Shown: positions 9,001 to 16,946 of the stretch, in pieces | How the letters are laid out: every line of letters begins with the position of its first letter | Position numbering within the stretch: position 1 is the first letter of the stretch | NCBI GenBank assembly: GCA_020059465.1 | Contig: JAGVBZ010000003.1 | Location: 89,698-153,697 of the forward strand | Length of the DNA stretch: 64,000 nt | Direction of reading: 5' to 3' | From: Brevinematales bacterium | Lineage (GTDB): Bacteria > Spirochaetota > Brevinematia > Brevinematales > GWF1-51-8 | Made by a program: the position numbers and the translations under genes | Notes under the pieces: model-generated | What the model was told of the DNA's origin: nothing | Databases searched by the model: none | The model's input: the letters and a program-made list of their open reading frames with translations, nothing else

Positions 9001-10059
9001 GACTACGATACTCGTCACGTTGGTGAACGCCTTATTCGCGGCGGGCGAGAGAGCGGAAACCTGGGGCGCGGTCACATCGGCGATAATAGAGATTGCGGAA
9101 CTTTCCGCCGATTTTCCGTTATCAGCCAACGCTTTGGCGACAATGAAATTCGATCCCTCAATCAGGGTCACTCCGTTCTTCTGCCATCCCGTATTGGTGA
9201 TCGTCCCGATACCGGCAAATCCGCCGCCGTTGACCGAAAGCTGTACCGAGGTGATTGCCGAGGGCGCATCGACTGCCGCCAAACCGGTGACATTGATGGA
9301 AAGCACCTTGACCATCGCGCCGTTCGCAGGCGACGAGATACTGACCGACGGATTCCCGGTCTGGTAGACAAACGTGACCTGTTTGACGCCGGATATGTTG
9401 CCGGATTTGTCCCTGCTGTACGCATATGCGGTATGACTGCCGGCAGAGGTCAACGGGAACTGGATCTGCCAGATTCCGCTGTTCAGTTCGGCGGCGGTGT
9501 AAGTCCCGCTGTCGAGCTTGACATAAACTTTATCGATACCTGAAAGAGTTTCGTTCTCGGTATAAATATCCTGCGCGGTACCGCTGACTGTGACGGAATT
9601 CCCGACAGGCTGGTTATTTGTAGGAGTTGAGATGCTCAGATCCGGAGGAGTGACATCCACCGATGAGGATTCGACCTGAAAAAGAATATCCGCCGTACGT
9701 GCCGCGTTGCCTTTATCGTCGGTGACTACGGCCCATGCGAGGAAATGCCCCGCGCCGCCATGGAAACGTGCGCGGAATACGGCGATCCCGTCGGTATTCA
9801 GTATAATATTTGTGGCATTAGTCACCCCCGATTCGACGCAGAGGTAAAAAATATTGACCGCAGCAAGCTCCGCCGGGAATTTAGCGACCGCCGACCCTAC
9901 AATTTCATATATTGAAGGAACGACCTGATTATTGGTCGGTTTGGTAAGCATGACTATAGGAGCGTTATCGTTAAACTTCGCAGTCAGTTCATCGATCTGG
10001 CTGCAGGAAGCGAAAGAAACGAGAATGAGAAGGGCAAAAAACTTTGCAAAAAGTTTCAT
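6052..10059 (-). CDS. surface lipoprotein alpha-amylase family enzyme (GH13) with multiple Ig-like domains, a CBM25/26-like starch-binding module and a PKD domain
   Basis: Lipobox LVSFASC. All four GH13 regions are present: DIVLNHTS, GVDGFRIDTVKHM, FMFGEV, YIDSHD. CBM-like stretch KIHYWGG..WPGSAMT..WYSFTF..LIFNN..QTADL. PKD-like stretch PVANAGEDITV...YSWNNG...YTVILTVTD. Confidence 0.9.
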   Translation of the reverse strand: MKLFAKFFALLILVSFASCSQIDELTAKFNDNAPIVMLTKPTNNQVVPSIYEIVGSAVAKFPAELAAVNIFYLCVESGVTNATNIILNTDGIAVFRARFHGGAGHFLAWAVVTDDKGNAARTADILFQVESSSVDVTPPDLSISTPTNNQPVGNSVTVSGTAQDIYTENETLSGIDKVYVKLDSGTYTAAELNSGIWQIQFPLTSAGSHTAYAYSRDKSGNISGVKQVTFVYQTGNPSVSISSPANGAMVKVLSINVTGLAAVDAPSAITSVQLSVNGGGFAGIGTITNTGWQKNGVTLIEGSNFIVAKALADNGKSAESSAISIIADVTAPQVSALSPAANKAFTNVTSIVVSGTSSDNLSGVDRVYVAVDTGSFNEASGTVSWSVTLPISVGAHTIKYYAKDKAGNQSATKTISITVVNVQGVFIVYFKRPTAWTKTPKIHYWGGNCGSTTWPGSAMTPEPSLGANWYSFTFTGTNTSLIFNNDSSPQTADLTRNKVGYYKDGVWYDTNPEDLIPPTASIASPANGASLSGIVTVVANASDNNAVAKVEFYRGTNKIGTATAQPYTIEWNTAYAPNGSHSLTAKAYDEAGNTGTSPVITVTTANANLPPVANAGEDITVLMGNTAQFNASASYDPNGTIVSYSWNNGLTGVNPTKVYNTVGDYTVILTVTDNLGATGTDQVIVHCVTNVPTPDRVDFREETIYFLMTARFFDGDPANNRPSRCYVSSGNAANNDPAWRGDFKGLIQKLDYIKALGFTAIWITPVVLNRSDYDYHGYHAWDFNKVDPRLESPGATYQDLINAAHAKGLKIIQDIVLNHTSRYGAVGLQTVKYWGDSNDPEWGDGTTIDYYDVPNPGFVYDGKSYEPISGKSYYNGDLWQKTKPTLAWNPLTYWGTPTQWRSPEGYVIYNYQWPNLDLFDPNLFHKGWLQNWEDITCQFGTIHEDCIDLNTESAAVQTHLINAYKHYIDMGVDGFRIDTVKHMSRWTLNMRFIPAFKAHAPASFYMFGEVCTRVNEVWNHGIPPLSTPFYTWAERQTFTGSDAQCASNSYIWENNQGTANQPTSQNAFLQGNNYHTPDYSKSSGMGVIDFPMHWNFGSAGQAYNFAKGNDYVYNDSTWNVCYIDSHDYGPNTDNRYGGSESEYAESFSLIFTFRGIPCVYYGSEIQFMKGAPCDKGPSAPIATTGRAYFGTHIAGTVNALDFGVWNNATGEMANTLNHPLAKHLQRLNQIRHNIPALQKGQYSTEGCSGGMCFKKRFTSGTVDSFVLVTISGGATFSGIPNGVYKDAITGDVKVVTGGTLVASCSGQGNMRIYVLDLVNNPAPGKIGQDGAYLHP

Positions 10060-10223
10060 GTAAACCTCCGTGATTTATGTAACAAATATGTAACCGCTTA
10101 CATCTATTTACATTATATCACCTTTTTTATAAGAAATCAAGGATTTTTTTAAATATTTTATATATTATTTTTAATGGTATGTAAAAGATACAGCGATGAG
10201 CGGAGTTTAAAAAATATTGAGAT

Positions 10224-10250
10224 AAAAAAAACCGGGATATAAATCCCGGT
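10224..10250 (-). terminator. rho-independent terminator after small-protein cassette
   Basis: Minus strand: ACCGGGA-uuuauau-CCCGGU followed by U8. Confidence 0.7.
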
Positions 10251-10368
10251 TCCTGTAAAAATACAGACCTTTCAGTTCTCGGAGTGTTTCCCTTCGGTCA
10301 GCCGGTTTCCGCTGTTTTACCCGCCTATCGATCGCATCGGGTACCTGAAGGGGTACGACACCCGACGG

Positions 10369-10551
10369 CTATGCCATTACATTGACAAGCGCTGCTTTTC
10401 CGTCTTCCACCAACCCGCTTCTGAATGGGATAGGGATAGGATGAAACTCTGGCCTTTCCATTGCGTTCCACGCTACCGGATCGATACTCCCTAGTTCATA
10501 GATAGCGGATTGTACGAACTGTCCGCTAGTGGCGGCGGTATTAACATCCAT
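10369..10551 (-). CDS. small hypothetical protein (60 aa)
   Basis: GGAGG lies 7 nt upstream of the ATG. Last gene before the terminator at 10224-10250. No recognisable motif. Confidence 0.55.
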   Translation of the reverse strand: MDVNTAATSGQFVQSAIYELGSIDPVAWNAMERPEFHPIPIPFRSGLVEDGKAALVNVMA

Positions 10552-10636
10552 GTTTTACCTCCGAAAATCCGTTTTCGTATTTTAATTATCGGAACGAGTT
10601 AATGAAGTATTAGGAATTTTTAGAAAAAATGAAGGG

Positions 10637-10948
10637 TTATGATTGGGCTTTGCAGCAGCTTTCGATCACTTCCGCGAGGGTGGGATCGTTATTGAACACA
10701 ATATACTCGATGACCAGAGCTTCCATTTTATGGTCTTCGTGTATTTTGATGGATACTTTTTCAGGAATTTGCAGGAATTGTATGGCCGAACCGTCGGTTA
10801 TCTTACCGCTGAATGTTTTCAATTCCCCGTACGGGGTAAGTTTACCGGATAGTTCGCCCACAATATCTATCATCATCATATTTCCGCGAAATTCTTTCGG
10901 CGACTTCTTATACTTTTCTGAGAACGGTATTGTATGACTAACCTTCAT
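10637..10948 (-). CDS. hypothetical protein (103 aa)
   Basis: ORF trimmed to MKVSHTIPF, preceded by a G-rich RBS (GGGGG). No signal peptide and no recognisable motif. Confidence 0.5.
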   Translation of the reverse strand: MKVSHTIPFSEKYKKSPKEFRGNMMMIDIVGELSGKLTPYGELKTFSGKITDGSAIQFLQIPEKVSIKIHEDHKMEALVIEYIVFNNDPTLAEVIESCCKAQS

Positions 10949-11049
10949 GGAACCCCCATGAAACAGAAAAAGCAATGTCATTTCTGTATTGCATTTTTCT
11001 TTCTATATCGACTTTTCGTATGGAAAACTTCAAGTAAATCTCCCGTATT

Positions 11050-11241
11050 TTATCCAAGGACGTTTATATTCCCGCCCATCCTTGCATCGATCATCGAGGA
11101 ACGGGGGACATTCTGGAGTATCCCCGATGCCGGCGCTTTCGCAACCCCTTCGGCGATCTGGGAGAGGTTTCTTACCTGTGCGGGACCGGGATCCGGGCGC
11201 ACATGCTGCGGCGATACATTCATATTGTTAGGAATGAACAT
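11050..11241 (-). CDS. small hypothetical protein (63 aa)
   Basis: AGGAGG lies 5 nt upstream of the ATG. A sigma70-like promoter sits directly upstream. Pro/Gly-rich, no TM segment. Confidence 0.55.
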   Translation of the reverse strand: MFIPNNMNVSPQHVRPDPGPAQVRNLSQIAEGVAKAPASGILQNVPRSSMIDARMGGNINVLG

Positions 11242-11277
11242 ATTTCCTCCTTGAAATTTCTCTTATCCATCGGTCAT

Positions 11278-11306
11278 ATTTTAATTAATCGAAATAGAAA
11301 AATCAA
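11278..11306 (-). promoter_or_regulatory. sigma70-like promoter of small-protein cassette
   Basis: Minus strand: TTGATT (11306-11301), 17-nt spacer, TAAAAT (11283-11278). About 37 nt upstream of the ATG at 11241. Confidence 0.45.
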
Positions 11307-11318
11307 GCCAAATCTCGT

Positions 11319-12437
11319 TTATCTGATAATTTCCCACATTTTTTCTATTATATTATCCATAACTTCCAGCCCTCTGCGGGTGAGTTTTACCCTTCCGCCG
11401 CGCGCATCCACCCATTCCGACAACTCCATGAGACCGTCCGCCGGCAGACTGTATCCCGATAATGCCGTTAACTGTTCCGGATCGAATCCGTCCGTTTTAC
11501 GCAGTCCGAGCATTATCAATTCGCGCGCGATCGTTTTATTGTCAAGTTCTTCTATATTATACTGCGGTAGAACACCTTTTTCAAGTCCTGCCGAATATTC
11601 ATCAAGGTGAATCGAATTCTTATACCGGAATGGAATTCCGTTCGCGCCAGGAAGAAACCCCGACGCGCCCAATCCCGCGCCGATATAATAACCGTAATCC
11701 CAGTAATTTGAATTATGCCGGCTCTCGAAACCGGGACGCGCGTAATTGGATACTTCATAACGGCGATACCCGCGTTTTTCCAGAAACTCCGCCGTCTGCC
11801 AGTACTGTTCCATATATTCGTCGTCGGATAACACGGAATAACCCTTCGAAAGCGGCGTGCCCTCCTCGATAGTCAGGTGATATGCCGAGACATGCTCCGG
11901 CGCCATCCCTGCGATTTCCGCAAGCGTATTATCGATATTATCGCCCCGTACCGCAAGGATCATATCGGCTGAAATATTGCGAAAACCGGCGCGGCGCGCA
12001 ATTTCGTACGCGGTACGGTTCTGCCCCGGTGAGTTCCTTCGTCCAAGGAACCGCAGGGCTGCAGCGTTCATCGACTGGAAACCCATACTGACACGGTTTA
12101 TCCCATGCTCGCGCCAAAATTCCGCGATCGCGGGAGTGATATCGTCAGGATTTGCCTCGATCGTGTATTCCGCCGACGGAGCGGCAAGCTTTTGCAGAAG
12201 CCGGAATATTCCTTCCATTCGGCCGATCGGCGGAAATGACGGAGTACCCCCTCCGATATAGATAGTTTCGAATTGAGTATACGCCTGAGAATAGAGGGAA
12301 ATTTCATTTTCAAGGGCATGGAAATACCTCTCGAGGCAATCCCCGCCAGTGGGAGGGGAGGATAGAAAATCGCAATAGACGCACTTCGATTTGCAGAATG
12401 GAATATGGACATAGAGAGCGCGGACAGGAAGCGTCAT
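11319..12437 (-). CDS. hemW: radical SAM HemN-family protein (HemW-type heme chaperone / coproporphyrinogen oxidase-like)
   Basis: LYVHIPFCKSKCVYCDF (CxxxCxxC cluster motif), IYIGGGTPS, and a HemN_C-like C-terminus. The start is set at MTLPV (12437), which forms an ATGA overlap with the upstream stop. Confidence 0.85.
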   Translation of the reverse strand: MTLPVRALYVHIPFCKSKCVYCDFLSSPPTGGDCLERYFHALENEISLYSQAYTQFETIYIGGGTPSFPPIGRMEGIFRLLQKLAAPSAEYTIEANPDDITPAIAEFWREHGINRVSMGFQSMNAAALRFLGRRNSPGQNRTAYEIARRAGFRNISADMILAVRGDNIDNTLAEIAGMAPEHVSAYHLTIEEGTPLSKGYSVLSDDEYMEQYWQTAEFLEKRGYRRYEVSNYARPGFESRHNSNYWDYGYYIGAGLGASGFLPGANGIPFRYKNSIHLDEYSAGLEKGVLPQYNIEELDNKTIARELIMLGLRKTDGFDPEQLTALSGYSLPADGLMELSEWVDARGGRVKLTRRGLEVMDNIIEKMWEIIR

Positions 12438-13327
12438 CCCAAAAGATCGGAATAGTCGTCCTGAGACTGTCCCGGCGACTGAATACTTTTCTTTTTCTGC
12501 CGGATGGACTGTATCCTTACTTTCATCGGAAGCCATAAAGTATTATACGCCTCGGCAAGCTCGAAAACTTCTTCGTTTTTATAGTGTTTTTTAGCCTTCA
12601 CAGTAAAGTTATAGTCATCCTCGATCATACCCCGTTTCATTACATAGATCGGGTCGCTGACATTCTGCGCAAAGTGCCTCCCGTAAAGAAGGCTGATCAT
12701 CAGCACATTCGCTATAGCCACAATCGTAAACGTGAGGGATACCCGCGCCTCGATAATCGGACTTTCACCCAAATCGACAAATCCGATCGACGTCAGAAGC
12801 ATGAATACCGCGACACTGCATGTTACGACCAAAGCGGATACCGACGAAACATGGTGCTGACTCATCTTGGACATTACATTCTCAATTTTACCGAATATTT
12901 TCAGTACCCTGAGCAGCCGCAGAATACGCGACACCCGGATCGCCTTGATAATTTTAAGATTGCCGACAAACCGGTTTCCTTTTATGGCGATCACTCCGTT
13001 AAACACATACTCGTAGAACGCCGGCCCGGACAGAAGCGCAAGAAGCGGGACTGACGCAAGAAGATCGATCCATCCGCGCTCATAGAAAAAGTATGTCACA
13101 AAACGTTTATGGATCAATGCGTTCACCGCACGGACTAAAAATTCCAACGTAAAAGTTACGTCAAACGCGAACCCTACAATAATCATCCATAAATCCCAAT
13201 CCTTCGCCCAATTGTAGGTGGTAGCCCATGAACCGATCACCGCAAAGTCGTCTGTGATAATCTGTACGATAGATAAAAGAATTACGACAAGCAGAATATT
13301 ATCTATGATTTTTCCAAACGTTTTCAT
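12434..13327 (-). CDS. membrane protein with voltage-sensor-like S1-S4, two further TM helices without a pore loop, and a HAMP-like segment
   Basis: S4-like helix KIIKAIRVSRILRLLRVLK has a basic residue at every third position, seven in total. Only about 12 aa (DLGESPIIEARV) separate the last two TM helices. After the last TM comes SDPIYVMKRGMIEDDY...NEEVFELAEAYNTLW, which fits the HAMP pattern P-I...G...DE-x-x-x-LA-x-x-FN-x-M. The ATG at 13327 overlaps the upstream TGA (TGATG); an alternative GTG start is at 13330. Confidence 0.75.
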   Translation of the reverse strand: MKTFGKIIDNILLVVILLSIVQIITDDFAVIGSWATTYNWAKDWDLWMIIVGFAFDVTFTLEFLVRAVNALIHKRFVTYFFYERGWIDLLASVPLLALLSGPAFYEYVFNGVIAIKGNRFVGNLKIIKAIRVSRILRLLRVLKIFGKIENVMSKMSQHHVSSVSALVVTCSVAVFMLLTSIGFVDLGESPIIEARVSLTFTIVAIANVLMISLLYGRHFAQNVSDPIYVMKRGMIEDDYNFTVKAKKHYKNEEVFELAEAYNTLWLPMKVRIQSIRQKKKSIQSPGQSQDDYSDLLG

Positions 13328-14313
13328 CACAGATCCTCTTCAATAGTTATTTTATATAATTCGTCCACGGTATTAAGATCGTAAGAATAGAATTTATAGT
13401 TCACACGAGCCACATTAAACCAGCTTGCCTCGAAACTCTCCGCGCCCCTGTCCTTTTTTATCTTCTTCCATTGGAGTGCCATATTATAAATAATTTTCAG
13501 AATTTTCGACGTATAAGTCGTGCTCTCCGCTTCCTCAGCAAAGTAATAGACCTTCAGGATAATATCCAAAAAATAGGGCGAAATATTCGGGAACCCGGTC
13601 ATGATAATTTCCTTCAGCTTGGCGAGAAAATTTTTCCGGAGCACATCGTTCGACTCGGTCTCCGGATAAGACACCGTCTTATTCGCCGGGCCGCCGTAAC
13701 CGGGCATCACCATATTGATCGGCATCGTGATATCGTAGATCGGCAGAATAAACATTGCAGTATAGAGGAAATCGACCGCTTCCCCCGGGTTGGAAAACCC
13801 GATCTGGTCGAAACGGCTCAGCCCGTTACAGACATACCGGCGGTTACTGTATGCCGCCGCGATAAAGGGTGAAATGACATTGTTCTTTATATAGGTCAGG
13901 ATATTGCTGTAGTGCATACGCGAGGTATAACGCGATGAAAGCTTTCCGGCAAAATCGATTAACTGCTGACGGAACAACTCGTTGGATATCAGGAAATCGT
14001 TATACTTCTGCTTCCAGTCCATTTGAAGGGAATCGATCGTCGCTTTCAACTGTTCGCGGACAAGATCGGTAATCGACTCGCCGAGCACTTTTACCAGTTC
14101 GCCTTTTATATCCGGCCACGCGGTATCGGGATAAAAATCCGGCGAGGAAAACGTTATGCTGAGTTTTCCTTCGTTCTGATTGATAAACGCCAGTACGTGC
14201 TCCTCTTTCTCATGCGGGGACAAGTTCTTGATCGCCCCGCTATTAATTAATTGTTCCACAAAGCTTCGTAGTTTTTCAGTATTCATCGCCCATCCTTTTT
14301 CGCGGATACTCAT
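13327..14313 (-). CDS. hypothetical cytoplasmic protein (328 aa)
   Basis: Long ORF with host-like codon usage. Its stop overlaps the start of the downstream gene. No motif recognised. Confidence 0.6.
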   Translation of the reverse strand: MSIREKGWAMNTEKLRSFVEQLINSGAIKNLSPHEKEEHVLAFINQNEGKLSITFSSPDFYPDTAWPDIKGELVKVLGESITDLVREQLKATIDSLQMDWKQKYNDFLISNELFRQQLIDFAGKLSSRYTSRMHYSNILTYIKNNVISPFIAAAYSNRRYVCNGLSRFDQIGFSNPGEAVDFLYTAMFILPIYDITMPINMVMPGYGGPANKTVSYPETESNDVLRKNFLAKLKEIIMTGFPNISPYFLDIILKVYYFAEEAESTTYTSKILKIIYNMALQWKKIKKDRGAESFEASWFNVARVNYKFYSYDLNTVDELYKITIEEDL

Positions 14314-14462
14314 TATAGGATTTATCGGTAATTTAACGCAAATTTCTTAAAAAACCCGCGCGGTTTCCCATTAGAAAGACTGGATTTCAGCATTTCCGGC
14401 GCCGTTTGATTGACTTTTCCGGGATGAAATCATTAAAATATGATACTAAAAACGGGGGGATT

Positions 14463-14966
14463 ATGTTCTATACTGAAATTTTAGAATCATTTTATAAAAA
14501 TAATATCCGCTATTTACTTGTCGGCGGTCTAGCACTTAATCTGCATGGTATTCCCAGAACGACCTTCGATATGGATATTATCATCCCTCCCGATAAAAAA
14601 AATGCTGAAAATCTTATCAACACTATAAAAGAATTAAAATATGTTCCACGACTCCCGGAAAACCCGTTAAGAATAACCGACCCTAAAGTGTTAAAAGACT
14701 GGATCGAGAATAAGAATATGAAGGCGTTTAGTTTTTATAATACGACAGATAATGCACAGATTATCGATATAGTATTGGTCCATCCGCTTGATTTTAATAC
14801 TGCAGAAGCAAGAAAAAATATTTTTCATTTTAAAGACATTGATATCCCGGTTCTTTCGATTGATGATCTCATCGAAATGAAAAGATTCAGCGGGCGTCCA
14901 AAAGACATTAGCGATGCGGAACTGCTGAAGAAAGCAAAGAATATCACGGAGGAATACGGTGGGTAA
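14463..14966 (+). CDS. nucleotidyltransferase-fold protein (MNT/AbiEii-like)
   Basis: The start is placed at MFYTEIL, preceded by GGGGGGA. YLLVGGLALNLHGIPRTTFDMDIII resembles the G-x-x-A...D-x-D nucleotidyltransferase core. Confidence 0.6.
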   Translation: MFYTEILESFYKNNIRYLLVGGLALNLHGIPRTTFDMDIIIPPDKKNAENLINTIKELKYVPRLPENPLRITDPKVLKDWIENKNMKAFSFYNTTDNAQIIDIVLVHPLDFNTAEARKNIFHFKDIDIPVLSIDDLIEMKRFSGRPKDISDAELLKKAKNITEEYGG

Positions 14967-15129
14967 AGGTTTTTACTACACCTTGGAAACTGAGGATATA
15001 AAAGCATACATGGGACTATCGGTCGAGAAAAAAATCGAATGGCTCGAAGAGTTGTTCATTCTAACCAACGAGGCGCAGACCGAAAAAGAGAAACGGGTGC
15101 GTGAAAAATTCCGCGCTGATAACGAATAA
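14959..15129 (+). CDS. possible small partner ORF (56 aa, GTG start)
   Basis: GTG at 14959 overlaps the upstream stop by 8 nt, in frame to TAA at 15127-15129. It is below the ORF-track size cutoff. An alternative internal ATG (MGLSVEKK) exists. Confidence 0.3.
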   Translation: MGKGFYYTLETEDIKAYMGLSVEKKIEWLEELFILTNEAQTEKEKRVREKFRADNE

Positions 15130-15135
15130 ACCCCG

Positions 15136-16431
15136 TCAGATCACCGTCCCGTCCGGAATAATCGATCCCTTCGGAATCACCGTAATCCCGTCGACTATCG
15201 AGTAATTCTTTTCTTCTATGTGCATAATTCCCGCCTCGTTGACAATCCGTACATTCCGCCCTATCCGGCAGTTCATATCGATAATCGCGTTTCGGATGAC
15301 ACTCCCCGACCCTATCCCGACCTCGGGAACCCCGCGTTCCTTGTCCGCCTGCCGTTCAGAGTCCGTCTCGTAGTAATTCGCGCCCATAATGATGCTCCGT
15401 TCGATTTTCACATGGTCGCGTATCACGCTGCGGATACCGATCACGCTTTCAGTCGCCTCGCAGCGTTCGAGGATAGCCCCGTCGCTCGCGATACAATTCT
15501 TCAGCTTCGACTCGACTATTTTCGCGGGAGGAAGGAAACGCGGCCGCGAGAAGTACGGGAACTCAGGGTCGTACAGGTTGAAACGCGGGATATCGCGCGT
15601 CAGTTCCATATTCGCCTCGTGATAGGTTCGGATTGTCCCGATATCCTCCCAGTACCCCTCGTGCACAAATCCGCCGACCTTATACTTATCCAGACAGTAC
15701 GGGATAACCTCCCCGCCGAAATCGTTCATCTCCGGCCTGCTCCGCAGCGCCTCGTTCAGAATATCCCACCGGAACAGGTAAATCCCCATCGAGCCGTAGA
15801 ACGGCCTTTCATCCGCGCCGGGGATTCGCCAATCCTCGATCCGTTCGGGCGACGACGGTTTCTCGCGGAATCCGGTGATCCCCGCGCTTTCGTCCATCCG
15901 CATCACTCCGAAACGGGAGATATCGCTCTCCGGAATAGGGATCACCCCCATCGTGATATCGTCGCCGCGCTCGATATGCGCGGTGAAAAGCCTGCGGTAG
16001 TCCATCCGGTAGAGTTGGTCGCCTCCGAGGATCAGCAGGTATTTAACGTCGCGATACCCGGTGATATTCTTCAGCGCGCGTCGTACGGCGTCGGCAGTGC
16101 CCTGTGAAAATCCCCCGCGCTCGTCATCGACCGTCTGCTCCGCCGCGAGGATATCGACAAATCCGTTATGGAAAATGTCGAATTTATAAGTTTGAGCGAT
16201 ATGCGTGTTCAGCGACGCCGAGTTGAACTGGGTCATCACAAAGACTCGGTTGATGCCCGAGTTGACACAGTTCGATATGGGGATATCGACTATGCGGAAG
16301 TTTCCTCCGAACGGTACGGCGGGCTTGGAGCGCTCGCGCGTCAACGGATGCAGGCGCGTGCCCTTCCCTCCTCCGAGTATCACCCCCAACACATATTTCA
16401 TCGGATAAGACGCATCGGTTAATTCCGGCAT
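15136..16431 (-). CDS. glgC: glucose-1-phosphate adenylyltransferase
   Basis: GVILGGGKGTRLHPLTRERSKPAVPFGGNFRIVDIPISNCVNSGI is the canonical GlgC N-terminus. A left-handed beta-helix type C-terminus follows. Start at MPELT, preceded by GGGGGA. Confidence 0.9.
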   Translation of the reverse strand: MPELTDASYPMKYVLGVILGGGKGTRLHPLTRERSKPAVPFGGNFRIVDIPISNCVNSGINRVFVMTQFNSASLNTHIAQTYKFDIFHNGFVDILAAEQTVDDERGGFSQGTADAVRRALKNITGYRDVKYLLILGGDQLYRMDYRRLFTAHIERGDDITMGVIPIPESDISRFGVMRMDESAGITGFREKPSSPERIEDWRIPGADERPFYGSMGIYLFRWDILNEALRSRPEMNDFGGEVIPYCLDKYKVGGFVHEGYWEDIGTIRTYHEANMELTRDIPRFNLYDPEFPYFSRPRFLPPAKIVESKLKNCIASDGAILERCEATESVIGIRSVIRDHVKIERSIIMGANYYETDSERQADKERGVPEVGIGSGSVIRNAIIDMNCRIGRNVRIVNEAGIMHIEEKNYSIVDGITVIPKGSIIPDGTVI

Positions 16432-16513
16432 ATTGTCCCCCTTGAATATTTCATTCCCGCCGCATACTTGGATTGTCCGCATTCCGGCGTTACACTATTA
16501 TATATGGAAAATG

Positions 16514-16546
16514 AAAAAAAGTGGAACTCTGCGGAGTTCCGTTTTT
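16514..16546. terminator. bidirectional hairpin terminator upstream of glgC
   Basis: GGAACTC-tgcg-GAGTTCC (16523-16540), flanked by A7 (16514-16520) and T5 (16542-16546). Confidence 0.5.
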
Positions 16547-16640
16547 ACGCCGGAAGATGTTTGAGAGGCGGGAGAAAATGAGGCAGGCGGATTTTTGACA
16601 GATTTTCCAGGGAGAGTTACTATACTTATAAGGAGGAACA

Positions 16641-16946
16641 ATGCTGCATTCTGAAATAAAAAAACGTCTCGACGATATCAGAAAATTAATGATTGCAAAA
16701 AAAATAAAGCACGCATATCTCTTCGGTTCCGCGTGTACGGAATCGTTCGGAAAAAACAGCGATATTGATATATTAATTGCTTTTCAAGACGGTCTCGATC
16801 CAGTGGAATACGGGAGTTTATGGTGGGAATTATATTTTGCCCTTGAGGAAATGCTGGGCCGGCAGGTTGATTTAGTTACCGAATCTTCGGTAAAAAATCC
16901 CTATTTCCGAAAGGAACTTGATGCAACAAAGCAGAAAATACTATGA
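16641..16946 (+). CDS. mntA: MNT-type nucleotidyltransferase antitoxin
   Basis: LFGSACTESFGKNSDIDILIAF carries the G-S-x(n)-D-x-D minimal nucleotidyltransferase motif. 4-nt overlap with the downstream HepT gene. Confidence 0.85.
   Translation: MLHSEIKKRLDDIRKLMIAKKIKHAYLFGSACTESFGKNSDIDILIAFQDGLDPVEYGSLWWELYFALEEMLGRQVDLVTESSVKNPYFRKELDATKQKIL

Noticed and set aside
11050-11241. 63-aa protein as the anti-sigma-28 factor FlgM
   Set aside because: There is only a vague resemblance (short, disordered-looking). The conserved C-terminal FlgM helix pattern is not evident and no flagellar genes are nearby.
10369-12437. Idea that the small ORFs downstream of the radical-SAM gene are RiPP precursors modified by a HemN-like enzyme
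   Set aside because: The radical-SAM protein looks like ordinary full-length HemW with a HemN_C domain and is coupled to the upstream operon. The small genes have their own promoter and no Cys/Ser/Thr-rich core peptides. No protease or transporter gene is present.
12438-12536. N-terminal 33 codons of the hemW ORF overlapping the upstream gene by 103 nt
   Set aside because: The internal Met at 12437 gives an ATGA stop/start junction and places the radical-SAM CxxxCxxC motif at the usual distance from the N-terminus. The longer form is unlikely.
12434-13327. Calling the voltage-sensor protein a voltage-gated K+/Na+ channel
   Set aside because: No pore helix or selectivity-filter motif is visible, and the S5-S6 equivalent loop is only about 12 aa. 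I therefore describe it only as voltage-sensor-like plus HAMP-like.
15220-16107. 295-aa plus-strand ORF, and similar long antisense ORFs (8731-9543, 17296-18033, 20502-21146, 21529-22188, 25651-26271, 42928-43473, 45568-46221)
   Set aside because: Each is fully nested antisense to a gene with clear family motifs (glgC, GH13, NADK-like, hisA/H, hisB, VanX-like, M50, OMP). Their products are Arg/Pro-rich without motifs. They are shadow ORFs.
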